DNA of 63,630 nucleotides, counting the filler, from Octopus bimaculoides (lineage: Eukaryota), in NCBI RefSeq assembly GCF_001194135.2. It is 8 parts of 8 records of this genome, joined end to end, with 100 filler letters (N's around TTAATTAATTAA, not from the genome) between each part and the next. Parts side by side here need not be neighbours in the genome. Positions count along the whole stretch, not along the records: positions 5,001 to 19,761 come from NC_068985.1; positions 19,862 to 23,047 come from NC_069005.1; positions 23,148 to 28,896 come from NC_068986.1; 5 more parts are not named here. One strand, 5' to 3'. Within the stretch, counting starts at the first letter, position 1, and the number at the start of each line of letters is the position of its first letter. The notes below the pieces were generated by a model, which saw only the letters and a program-made list of their open reading frames with translations, was not told the DNA's origin and searched no databases. This document shows positions 10,946-27,059 of the stretch, in pieces. The position numbers were made by a program, and so were the translations under genes.

Positions 10946-12789
10946 TATGTATTATATCCCACAACTGTCAATATGTAATTTTGTTTTCATTTCCATTAAA
11001 ACAATATAACATTTCATAAACATAACCTTTTTATAGTCAACTATAGTACAGGACATTTTATATGAGTATGTATGTGTCTGTGTGTGTTTGAGTGTTCGAT
11101 ATGTACAAGATAGTAAAAGACATTTTATACCACGACAATGTCACATTTTGTATGTGAGTATGTGCCTGTGAGTGTATGAGTGTGTAGCTCTCTGTGACTG
11201 TGTGTGTGTTTCTGCATTAGGTGCATTATTAAACATACACATTTACACATGCATATACATATGTGACGACTGACATGCATGAATGTATGTCTGTATGTGT
11301 CTTTTACTATATGCATGTGACTGTATGTGAAAGTGCGTGTGTGTGTATTGTCACATTTTGTATATAAATATGTGTCTGTAAGTGTGTGGGTATTTGCGCA
11401 TTCATTATGTACATTATTAAACATACACACATCTACACATATATATACATATGTGACAAGAACAGCTGGAGACGAAATTCTTGACAAAAAACAATTAGGT
11501 GGCACGTCCAAAGTATATAAAAATACACATCTACCAGTTCATAATTATCGCAGCAGTTGCAAGGTATTTACAATTTGCTTATATTTGATTAATTTACACT
11601 GAATACAAAAATACACATACACATAACTGCTTACAAAAATAGAGATTAATGTATATTTTTTCTACGTTTATAATTTTTTGTTTACAATATTGAGAAAAAA
11701 AATATGCCAACAAAGAAAAAATGTAATCTCTCTAGAAACACCTATCAAGCAAGGAGGATTGCAGAAAACCAAAGGTGGGAGTCTCAAGAGATAAGGGCCA
11801 TGAGACTTTATCAAGATCGGAGTCTCAAGAGAGAAGGGAGATGAGACTTTCCCAAGATCAGAGAAGGCATGCTACTGCACTTAATGGTGAATCATGAAAA
11901 CAATGTTTAACATGCCAGATTACACAGAGGTCCAATAGAATAGCTCTCAGAAACAGACCACGTACAAAATCGTTCTTCACAACTCTTGGAGCTGCTTTCA
12001 GATATGGCCCATCCCATTCTAATAAAAATTATAATTCTGTCCAGATTGGTGTGCTAAACTCAAATTGTTATTTCTGCAAAGCTTTAAAATTTACTCCACA
12101 AATGTTTTGTCATCAATACTGCACTTTTCCGTATCACCTGTTTCAACATAACTGTAATATANNNNNNNNNNNNNNNNNNNNNNNNNNNNNNNNNNNNNNN
12201 NNNNNNNNNNNNNNNNNNNNNNNNNNNNNNNNNNNNNNNNNNNNNNNNNNNNNNNNNNNNNNNNNNNNNNNNNNNNNNNNNNNNNNNNNNNNNNNNNNNN
12301 NNNNNNNNNNNNNNNNNNNNNNNNNNNNNNNNNNNNNNNNNNNNNNNNNNNNNNNNNNNNNNNNNNNNNNNNNNNNNNNNNNNNNNNNNNNNNNNNNNNN
12401 NNNNNNNATATATCCAGGAATGATGAACAATTCTCTTTTATGGTTTGTATATTTATTTGTAACACAATAGCTGTACATTAATACATATCTCAGTTATTTA
12501 TCTATAATGTCAAATAAACTAATAATACTTTCAATACTTTCTGGAAATATAATATGTTATATGGAACATGTTTAAGTATTCTGAAATAACGATGATATTA
12601 GAAATATCAGGGGTATGTCATCTCACCAATGTAGATGTAGTTATATAAATAGAGTGTTGGGAGACTGTTATTACTTCTTTATTGCATGTTGTGTTAATAT
12701 ACTTATAGTTGTACATTTTTCATTGAAAGACGTTTGACATCGAATTACTGTTCTCTATGATTACAGACATGTATAGTAGAGTGAGAGAA

Positions 12790-13536
<747 letters not shown>

Positions 13537-13541
13537 TGTAG

Positions 13542-14483
13542 TGGCGCGTGTGGCCGCCATCTTGGGAAGTGCCATTGCGCATGTGCAAGGGATTTGCCGT
13601 CAGCGGAAGTACCCGAGCACGCATGCGCAATGCAACACGTGGAGGATAAAGATATAGCGTTCTCTCTCTTATTTCATCCAGCAACCGTCTCACGAGACTC
13701 CCTGTCAATTCTATTTCCTTTCCAGTAGCAATTGATTTACTTGCTATTTCGCAGGACCAAACTCTTTAGTCGACGTTAGATTTAACTTCGCCAAAATTCA
13801 ACAATTGTAAATTTGCCTATCTTCCATTCCCTTCATCGAAGGCATCGTATACGCACCACCAGCTACTAATGGGATGGTTGAGCGATTTCATAGGCAACTT
13901 AAGGCTGCCTTACGCGCCTCGCTCAACCCGCAGTCTTGGGTTGAATTTCTTCAAGGTCGACGCTAATGGTCGTACAGAGATTGTGTCTGTCGACCGTCTG
14001 AAAGAGCGTACCTTGACAAACCTTCAACTTTCGTGGACGACGTGCCCGTTTTTCAAACACCGCACACACCACTGTCAACATCATTACCACCACACACACC
14101 ACTGTCAACATCATTACCACCACACACACCACTGTCAACATCATTACCACCACACACACCAANNNNNNNNNNTGTCAACATCATTACCACCACACACACC
14201 ACTGTCAACATCATTACCACCACACACACCAATGCATACACCAACATCAACACACACACCAGAAACCACTCCACCTTCGTCGTTGCGACAAAACTCAAGT
14301 GACGCTTATGTCACTAGATCTGTCCGGACAGTGCATTGGCGCGTGTGGCCGCCATCTTAGGAAGTGTCATTGCGCATGTGCAAGGGATTTGCCGTCAGCG
14401 GAAGTACCCGAGCACGCATGCGCAATGCAACACGTAGAGAATAAAGATATAACATTCTCTCTCTTATTCATCTAGCAACCGTC
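13542..14483 (+). repeat. LTR direct repeats 13542-13689 and 14337-14483
   Basis: Near-identical tggcgcgtgtggccgccatctt...gcaaccgtc copies. Confidence 0.9.
14064..14230 (+). repeat. 30-bp minisatellite (cacacacaccactgtcaacatcattaccac) in the integrase tail
   Basis: About 5 copies spanning a small gap; reads TPLSTSLPPH in the integrase frame. Confidence 0.9.
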
Positions 14484-14723
14484 GTGACAGGACGTTTTCC
14501 AAGTTCTCTGACAACATCAACCCCGACAAGTGGTCGAAGCTGCCTTTGGTATTATAGCGGCATGCCTTTCACCTGGGAACCAAACGGCTCTACACCAACC
14601 AGGAATAAATTATTGATCTGTTGTTACCGTTAACCCTCGTGTTTGTTGTATTTCTGAATTTAATAAATAATATAAGAGCTGGGGAGAGATGGCCATGCCA
14701 TCATTTCTCTCCTCATCACTACA

Positions 14724-15600
<877 letters not shown>

Positions 15601-16547
15601 TCTTTCCCCACAATATGTTTGTAATTTTCTTGCTTTATTTTAATATTTAATTCTTAATAAATATTTCTACTGCTTATTTCCATCAACAGTGATATTTGTT
15701 GATAGCTGAAGAGGCTGCAAACTCTATGGTAAATTTTTCTGAATTTAATTAGATTACCTTCAACATATTTCAGACAGTTAAGTGGAGAAGCGTTACTAAT
15801 ATGCTCAGTTTAGAGGAAATATTTCAAAGTAATTCTACCACATTTATAATGTGGTTTAATAAACAGAGTTATAACAGTTCAGTATAACACCTTCCCTTGG
15901 TATTTAAAAAGTGGCATATATTGATGACATATCTCAAGTTAAAAATTCTTTTATGTCAATGTCATCTGATATTCTGAAATAGTATAATGCATAAGGGATA
16001 CTTTAAAATGTAGAGATTCAACAATGGGCATTTTATTACATTTCTATATTGATAAACTGTAGATATAAATCTTTACCAGAACAACTGAACTTTACCTTTT
16101 AATTTATCAAAAATTACTTCATACAAACTTGTGTTAAGTCTACATATTTGTGAACTATAGCTACTCTTTCACACTGGGTAGCATTATGTTAATCTATAGA
16201 ATAGTAGGTATTAATAATCTTTTTTCGTGTCATGTTTTTCATTCGTTGTTGCTGTTTAGACTCCAATCAACCTCTGACTGAGCAAACCTATGATCAAAGG
16301 GAAGCTGTATCCAGGGGTGCTAGGAATTCCACGTCAGATAAAAAATAAAATAAAACAATATGCTGACAAACTTAGAGAAGACAAGTAAACAAAAGAAAAA
16401 TAATATCAAGAAATCCCTCTTATAAAACTATACTTCAGGGAGTGATGCTCAAATTTGTAAATTGTGCCTTTGCCTCTCTCCTTACAATTGTTGTATAAGA
16501 AATTGTATATATCTTGTGAATGGATTTTGGCAGAGAAACTGTTCAGG

Positions 16548-16815
16548 TACAGGTATGGCTGTGTGGTAAGGTTTGCTTTCCAATCACATGGTTTCAGGTT
16601 CAGTCAGACTGCATAGTACCTTGGGCAAATATCTTCTACTATAGCCATGGGCCAACCAAAGCCTTGTGAGTGGATACAGTAGATAGAAGCTGGAAGAAGC
16701 CTGTTGTGTATATGTTTATATATAGGTGTATATCTTTGTGTTTTCTCAACTAATCCTTTTAAATCAGTGCCTCAACATGGGCACAGTCCAAAGACTCAAA
16801 CAAGTAATATAAAAT
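16548..16815 (+). mobile_element. SINE family A, decayed
   Basis: ggtatggctgtgtggtaag..accttgggcaaatatcttctactatagcc..aaagccttgtgagtggat. Confidence 0.75.
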
Positions 16816-18039
16816 AAAAGACTTAGCTCTCTACCTTAAGACCTATCTTTAATATGAAATATGCTCCTAGAAAGTATCACAGATAACTGAAGACTACATG
16901 TTCAATTCACTAAGACGTTGATTGTATTTATAACAAAAGTATCTCTCAGGAACCAAGGGTCAGTCACTGTGGTTGTTAGAAAGATTTTAGAGTTGAAAAT
17001 ATTGAAATATTCAATATCAAAGAATATATCTTGTCAAGACAGTTACTTGGAAATAAATGGTCACTACTAAGCTAACAAGACCGGTACACATTAGGAGTTG
17101 GACATACTAAACATTTTATTAAACATAGCCTAATGTTGAATACAGGAATTACAGATGATAAAGAATGTTGTTCATACTTGTTTCCTTTACTTTTGAAATG
17201 TTGGAAGTGATGTTGATATCACTGGATTTAATGAGGTTGTCTTTATTGTACTGGAAAGCCCTTCCCCTGAGGCTAAGATTAAAAATGAGGCTATATGCTT
17301 GAAGCTGTCTCCAGTACTTGAAGAAGTGGGGTAAATAATGTGGTTTCTGTATTTTACAGTTCAAAATAAAAAATTTTCAAAACAAATTACATCCAGTTCA
17401 TTTTGGATTTTGCACGTGCATATAAAGGAATTTCAACATGACTACAGCTTTCCAATCATGACCACACCATCACTGAACAAGAAATAAATAACATACACCC
17501 CTGAGAAAGAGACAGCTCCACACCAAATTATTGTTTTCACCTTTTCCTGAAGATTGCTGGGTTTGGATATCCATTTCTGGTATGAATCCATTTGATAATT
17601 TGGCTGTCTTGTGACTATAATATAGTATTATATTAATAATATATCTTTAGTTACCATTCGATAAGATTTATCTATATTGGTACAGGAATACAGTAAAATT
17701 CCCATTGTTGAGTCTTTACATTTTAGATATCCTTTCTATCTTACACTGTTTCTTTTTTATTTCAGAATATCTGATGACATTGGCATACAAGAATTTTTGA
17801 CTTCAGATACATTATCAGTATATGTTGCCTTTTAAAAATTGGGAAAAAAAGATGTACAGACCAAATATAATACTGTTTATATGGTAAAATTACTGTGAAA
17901 TATTTGCTATGAGCAATTTCTTTTTAAACTTGGATTGCAAAGAAGTTGATGAAAATTTAGCAGTAGAAATATTTGTTAGGATTGGAATATAAAAGCAAGA
18001 AGAAAAAAATTTGTTTATGGGAATAAGATGAAAGAAATT

Positions 18040-18994
<955 letters not shown>

Positions 18995-18996
18995 TA

Positions 18997-19560
18997 CCCT
19001 AAATCCTCGAGTATAATCCGCATTTTTCCCCCCAAAATTTAAAGGTCAAAATCCCTAGTGCGTACTATATATGAGGTTAAAAATGAAAAATATTTTCTAA
19101 GCAATGTCCGAGTCACTATTTGCTATCCGGCAATGTTTATTCAGACGCATTTTGTGATGTCTGGCGCAAAGATACCTTAAGCTAAGCCTGAAAGCAATGA
19201 AGTCATGAAAGAATCATCCATAATTTGCAGTAAGCAACATTTATTAAAATAGAAGTGTTGTATATCGTCTGCACTGGATGGTACTCAGGATGACATTGTA
19301 TGGAAAGATGAAATAAATGAAAGTGAATCTTCTGATGTTGACTATGAATCTGACGATGACGGAGATTTACACTACCATGATGCTGACATGTTTACCGGGG
19401 AACAAATGGAACAGTTATTTGATGCTGAATTTGAAGGATTTGAATAAATGTTTTTGCTTTTGTAACTGATAGTGATAAATATGTGAAAGGCAATTTACTT
19501 AATATTTATTTTTCACTGACGTTATTACTGTTATTTCTTTATTTTCTGCAAAGTGCACAA
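18997..19560 (+). mobile_element. pogo/Tigger-like DNA transposon remnant
   Basis: Starts after TA (18995-96) with ccctaaatcctcgagtataatccgc, a pogo-type TIR. It carries an acidic C-terminus LDGTQDDIVWKDE..FDAEFEGF*. The right end is not identified. Confidence 0.7.
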
Positions 19561-19597
19561 AAAAGCTACACGTTTGCATTATGTTATATATATACAA

Positions 19598-19688
19598 CTA
19601 GCAGAAATACCCGGCGTTGCCCGGGTTAAAGAGAATAATGAAATCTAAAAACGCTGTCTAGATTACGCATCATCTTTATATATAGAGA
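19598..19688 (-). mobile_element. 91-bp complete non-autonomous Helitron
   Basis: Minus strand A|TCTCTATATAT...cccgggcaacgccggg-tatttctg-CTAG|T. Confidence 0.8.
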
Positions 19689-20516
19689 TGTATATACACA
19701 CACGCACCCAAACACACGTATATATATATGTATATCAATATAAATATATGAAAGTCAATGANNNNNNNNNNNNNNNNNNNNNNNNNNNNNNNNNNNNNNN
19801 NNNNNTTAATTAATTAANNNNNNNNNNNNNNNNNNNNNNNNNNNNNNNNNNNNNNNNNNNNTGTGTGTGTGTGTATAAGACGGTATATGTAGATGTTTAT
19901 ATTTATTTATTTATGGATAAATGTCTACGTATTAATTATACGTATATATATCAAATATACCTAAGTAAGCAGGGCAAGTATTTCTATAGTGAATACATAT
20001 AAAAACAAACACAAGCTTTAATGAGAGAAACCGATACGAAGCCATCTGGTGGTTTTTATGTTCAAAGGCATGAACAGATAACGAAAATCAAAACTACAAC
20101 AACAAATAAAAGCCACAAACCGCTTCAAGGAACAGAAACACAAGAAAGATATTAACTTTATCGTATTTTAGGTGAGCAAAAATAACAACAACAACAGCAA
20201 TGGTAATAACGATTTCATTTATTTGCCACCAGGGGGAAGTATGAGGTGAGACAACAGAAAAGACAGACATAAAGTGTGCGTATGTGTGTGTGTGTGGGGG
20301 GAGGGGTTATATTATAATGAGATGATAAAATGATTATAAGGAGAAAAAACGTAAGTGTACATGGTATAGAATCCTTTCTAATACAGGCACAGACCTGAAA
20401 TTTGGCGGGAGCGGCTAGACAATCACATCAATGCCAGGGGTCAACTGGTACTTATTTTGTCCGTCTAATAGCACATTCCAACAGTCTAATCTCTTGTGTG
20501 TATAATAATCAAAATT

Positions 20517-21392
<876 letters not shown>

Positions 21393-21639
21393 CGAGTCAT
21401 TAATGCACGGACACTGGATAAGTGTATGCTGGACGGTTTCATCGCCCTGACAGGTCCGTCTAACAGCACGTCCGTGTAGCACTGTCAAGTCAAGTATTTC
21501 TGAAAGCTATCCATTGGCCCTGAACTGAAAGTCCTCCGGAAAAGACCAGTTAGTTGATCCCTCTCGACGCCCAGAGTTTCCCCGAGCACGTCATCGCTCT
21601 TTTCCTTTAATAATTATAATAACAACATCAACCTAACAG

Positions 21640-22141
21640 TGGCTGAGAAGTTCAGGACTGAAAGCAGAGAATGAAGGTTTCATATTGGCGGCACAAGATC
21701 AAATCTTGCTTATCAAAAACTGTCAGGCTAACGTTCTGACAGTAAATGCAGATCCTGTGATACGTTTGACGTAACAATAGGCCATCTCGTTTCGGGATGT
21801 CCTGTGCTGACACCAATCGAATACAAAGATCGCCATGATAGCATTTACATTGGAAAATACGTATGTTGAGTCTAAAAACAGAAATAATTCCTATCATAGT
21901 AGGCGCATTAGGTATGATAAAAGAAAAACATTCAGCCAAATGCATGACAAAATCACCAAGACAAATAAGTGTATATAACATACAGAAAATAGCACTATTA
22001 GGCACCGCACACATCCTACATAAAACACTTTCAATACAGTAACAATAAGAGCATCACAACAAACCATAGAACATACCCAAGGCACACAGAGCTGCGCTCG
22101 GTAGTGCAGTGAAAATACGTTATAAAAATAAGAATACTGAA
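21640..22141 (+). mobile_element. R4/Dong-type LINE, internally deleted piece with 3' UTR
   Basis: WLRSSGLKAENEGFILAAQDQ..HLVSGCPVL..EYKDRHD, joined to the C-terminus and the same 3' UTR as 5220-5311. Confidence 0.8.
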
Positions 22142-22169
22142 TTGGCTAAACTCTTTAATGAGCACCCGT

Positions 22170-22775
22170 CACAACTTAGCCGTCGCACTTAGTGAAATCA
22201 TATCCAACCCTGTGAAAACCCCGAAGTGGTTTACAGAAGGGATTACAGATCTCTTATCAAACACATAAGAAACTACACATCCCCCCAAATACCTGCCCAT
22301 AACATGTCTCAGCACCATATGTAAACTATTAACATTTATACCAGCGAATAGAGCATATGAATTCTTGGACAATAAGAAGTTATTCCCAGTGGAACAAAAG
22401 GGATGTAAACGGAATTCATATGGATGTACAGACCAATTACTGATAGATAAAAGGGTCATTGAAAATTGCAAATCCAAACGCAGAAACCTTGGCACCGCTT
22501 GGATAGATTACAAGAAGGCTTGGGAATGATAATGAAGGGAGCTGAGTAGTATATTAAGCAACTCCCTGCTAACTCCAATCTCTGTGAACTACAAAAGATA
22601 ACCTTGATGGGTACAGCCCACATACTACGGAAAGCACTCTCCGTCTAAAATGGAATAAATGTGGTGATAATTTTAGCATACATAACAAAACAAGGTGCCC
22701 TTGCTACTCTTGGCCTCCGGAGGATGGCAGTAATAAGGTAGCTGAAGTAAAGCTATAATGAAAGGAAATCATAAA

Positions 22776-22780
<5 letters not shown>
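22170..22780 (+). mobile_element. R4/Dong-type LINE: RT N-terminal domains fused to the extreme C-terminus
   Basis: EQKGCKRNSYGCTDQLLIDK..WIDYKKA, then LQKITLMGTAHILRKALSV*, a UTR and a (TAC)n(TAA)n tail at 22778-22875. Confidence 0.8.
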
Positions 22781-22874
<94 letters not shown>

Positions 22875-23379
22875 TATTTCTTCTTAGTATAAGAAATTAA
22901 TTAAATCGAAGGGCAGTCTTCCACCCAACCCTAGATTGAAGCAATTCGAGGACGATCTATGGTCCATCGTGAAGAATATAAAATTTCACCGTTCACCCCT
23001 CAGGAACAAACATCTGCGTTCAACTCCATTTATTTACTTACTTATATNNNNNNNNNNNNNNNNNNNNNNNNNNNNNNNNNNNNNNNNNNNNTTAATTAAT
23101 TAANNNNNNNNNNNNNNNNNNNNNNNNNNNNNNNNNNNNNNNNNNNNTAAATTAACAGAATGAGATAAAAATCCAAGGCTGTGAAAGATTTCAAAACATT
23201 TATAAAGAGGTCTTACAGCAGTTTCCGGGATATTTTATGTATCCCTTCATCGGAGACGGTGCGAGAGAATGGGTCAGCAATAGTTATTCTAGAGATGATA
23301 TGAAATAGAGAGTGAAGTGGAGGAATGAAAACAGACGTGAGATATGCAGGAATATTGTATTTGCAGTTCCATTATTTAA

Positions 23380-23501
23380 GCAGAATTGTATACATATAAG
23401 TTTCCTGTACCTTGTGTGTAAGTTCCATGTATGAATGACCAATTTTAAATACTATTGGAACTTATACACAAGGTACAGGAAACATATGTATACTGTTCTG
23501 C
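23380..23501. repeat. Inverted repeat (46-48 bp arms, 28-nt loop)
   Basis: 23380-23427 pairs with 23456-23501 with a few mismatches and one 2-nt bulge. Confidence 0.85.
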
Positions 23502-24278
23502 CCCGCTCGCCACTTTCGACAGCAGCAAAATTAATATGTATTTTTCAAAATTCTGGCAGAATGCCTGAAGTTTTGACAGAATGGATTTAGTCGACGCCGT
23601 TATACTGATACCTTATTTTATCTACCCTTGAGGCATGAAAGGCAAAGTTTCAGTTGGTGGGATGTGAACTCAAATAAACAAGAACTACAAGTGTTTTATT
23701 TATTTTTTGCAGTGGGGTGGGTTCCGACGCTCTTACAAACTCTGCCAGAAAGTAGAAAAATGGCGATAAAGTCACAAAATAAATTATAAAAAATTCTATC
23801 AGAAATAGAAAAACGGAGAAATAAAACATTGAAGACATCAAGTACATTGTCGTAGCATACATATTTGTCGGTCATTTTATATTTTTTCATCTCAGGGGAG
23901 ACACAAATCTGATATGTATTTTTATTTTTATATAGAGGTGAGGTTTCGTATTACTGTGCCAACGCTGGTAGCCTTAAACAGTTAAGTAATTGATTAGGCC
24001 TGTGTTACTGGTTGTGTGGTATTTCCATTACAAGTGACATCGACCTTACAACAAGTTTCAAAATGAGTAGAATTTCTGAGCAACTCCCATTTTGCGCCCC
24101 TGCTAACTTACGTTGTTATTACGATGTAGGGTTTTTTTTATTCATTTTTTATATATATCATTCAGGGATTTTTTTTTCTAACTACTTGTAATGCCGTGTT
24201 GAATTTTACCTGTTCTGTATATGTGAGATGTCGTTGACAGCCGATTTATAGATAACTGAGTACGAATATAAAGATATA

Positions 24279-24612
24279 CCCTATTTGATGGCATATGAGA
24301 TGCACTTTTTGACCCTAAAAAATGTCGCAAAACAACCGCAAATCCTGTATGCTAAGTTGGGCCTCCCATAAGATAATTTGTCCTTAATGCTCAGTTCAAT
24401 AGGCTTCATGTTCAGCTGTACTGCTCACGTTTTACATACGGTAATGTTTTCTGTTTTAGCTAAGGTACTTCTGTAATGTTTTGTAATGCACTGTTACATT
24501 GTTTTAAATATTTCACGCTTTAATGCACTAGCAACATTTTTTCTTGAATATGCGCAGCTGAAATTAGGGTGCATCTAACCTAACAGTGTGTCTCTTATGT
24601 CATCAAATATAG
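24279..24612. mobile_element. pogo/Tigger-type MITE (~334 bp)
   Basis: TA|ccctatttgatggcatatgagatgcac ... gtgtctcttatgtcatcaaatatag|TA: imperfect ~25-bp TIRs with TA flanks. Confidence 0.65.
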
Positions 24613-25631
24613 TACATAGACCTAGCATTATCAGTTTCGAGAGAAAAAAATAAATAAATAGGATGAGGGTATTGTAGAACTAAATTATAGGGAGAACCTC
24701 TAAGTGGTTGCTTGACCGGTTAAAAAATATCAGCCAAATCTCCCACTAAGACACTCTAGCGTCTTAGAAATGGTAGCAAACGTGTATCTAAATTACTGAA
24801 GACGTGAATATATTATAAGCTTTAAAAGAAGCTGCTATTTATCGTGGATTTGATAGGAATGATGAAAAAACGAATCCGAAATTCACTTTGACTGGCGAAG
24901 TTTCTACATTTCTCAAATTCATTCGTGTTGTAAGTAATTAAATAATGATTTTAACATATTTAAGACTGTGGAAAAGAGACTTCCACAAGGATCGAACTCG
25001 GTAGCACGAGACTGCGAAACGAAATTTTGAATCACAGATCAATTTCTGAGTCATCTATACATTATATATATTGTAAGACTGCTTATTCAGCACTGACCTG
25101 AGACCAAATAACCCGCACTTCAATGCGTACATGCGTAAGAATCCATACACAGATGAGCTTTTACATGTCAACATGCATACGTGCTCATATATGCATACAT
25201 ACGTGCGCATATATGTACGTATGTATGTATGTATGTATGTATGTATGTATTTATCTATATATATATATATATATATATATANNNNNNNNNNNNNNNNNNN
25301 NNNNNNNNNNNNNNNNNNNNNNNNNNNNNNNNNNNNNNNNNNNNNNNNNNNNNNNNNNNNNNNNNNNNNNNNNNNNNNNNNNNNNNNNNNNNNNNNNNNN
25401 NNNNNNNNNNNNNNNNNNNNNNNNNNNNNNNNNNNNNNNNNNNNNNNNNNNNNNNNNNNNNNNNNNNNNNNNNNNNNNNNNNNNNNNNNNNNNNNNNNNN
25501 NNNNNNNNNNNNNNNNNNNNNNNNNNNNNNNNNNNNNNNNNNNNNNNNNNNNNNNNNNNNNNNNNNNNNNNNNNNNNNNNNNNNNNNNNNNNNNNNNNNN
25601 NNNNNNNNNNNNNNNNNNNNNNNNNNNNNNN

Positions 25632-25677
<46 letters not shown>

Positions 25678-26006
25678 ACACATACACACAGATAGATAGA
25701 TAGATGTGCATATACATATACATACGCATATACATACGTGTATGTGTGTGTGCGTGCGTGCGAGTGTGTGTGTTAAAAAGTCATATTGCGATGACTTTTC
25801 CCTTGAAACAATCTGTCACTATGTTACAAGTTCAGTTTCCAACGTACAAATCTGTCGGCTGCTTGTTTCTCTGGAGATTGTCAAAATGATGTGGACGCCT
25901 CTGCTGAGAACCCAGTAAGTTTCGAAAATCGATTAAGATTGTTCATCATTTTTTTCAGTGTGCGGAGAAATGGCTAAAATTTTCCGTTTATAATTATACC
26001 ATATGT

Positions 26007-26060
<54 letters not shown>

Positions 26061-26070
26061 NNNNNNNNNN

Positions 26071-26134
<64 letters not shown>

Positions 26135-26653
26135 TGTGTGTATGTATAGTACATACATATGTAAACGCACATAATTTTAATATTATCAAAATAAAACTCT
26201 TTTATGTTCTGAGTTCAAATAATACTAGGATCAGCTTTGCCTTTCATCCGTTTGGGCTCGATAAAATAAAGTACCAGACAAGTACTGGGGACGCTGCAAT
26301 CAAATTGCCGAAATTAAGAATAATATATATTATTATTAAAATTTATATCTAACAAGTTTCTGATTTCAGAATAAGGGCGATGCGCTTATTTTGGGCGGAG
26401 GGTTTGAGTCAACATCGTCCACTCCAGTACATCACATGTAATATATATTATTGACATTGAAAGAATAAAAGGTAAAAATTGACACCCGCAGCGTAAAGAG
26501 CCGGAACAAATGCTACGAAGCATTTTCCTGAAGTTCTAACGATTCTTCTCCCTCAGTAAAATATTATTGAATAATAATATCAATTAATATATTAACGTTT
26601 GCACAGATACTAAATTCTCTCATCACTGCACACCTCGTCATTCATTCGGATGT

Positions 26654-26715
<62 letters not shown>

Positions 26716-27003
26716 TGTGTATATATATATATACACATACCACACACATACACAAACACACACACATAGACGTATATATATGTATGAGAAAGAGAGAGAG
26801 GTGGGGTTGAGCCTGATTCGGTGGAGCGTCTCTTCTGCTTACAGAGTTAAAATTCCAGGTTGAAGTTGACTTTTATCCTTCTGAGATCGATGAACCAGTA
26901 ATGTGGTTGATATAATCAGCTATACCATTGAACCCACAGCCCCAGCATAGATAAAGTCCAATAACAACTGAAACCAATAAAATAAATGTATATAGGGACA
27001 TGT

Positions 27004-27059
<56 letters not shown>

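Larger units (their letters stand above)
13537..14723 (+). mobile_element. Internally deleted Ty3/Gypsy LTR retrotransposon inserted in the zinc-finger array
   Basis: Termini TGTAGTG (13537) and CACTACA (14717-14723); ~147-bp direct repeats; pol remnants IDLLAISQDQ, TNGMVERFHRQLKAAL, VDANGRTEIVSVDRLK(P)AYLD and YVTRSVRTVHW. Confidence 0.85.
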
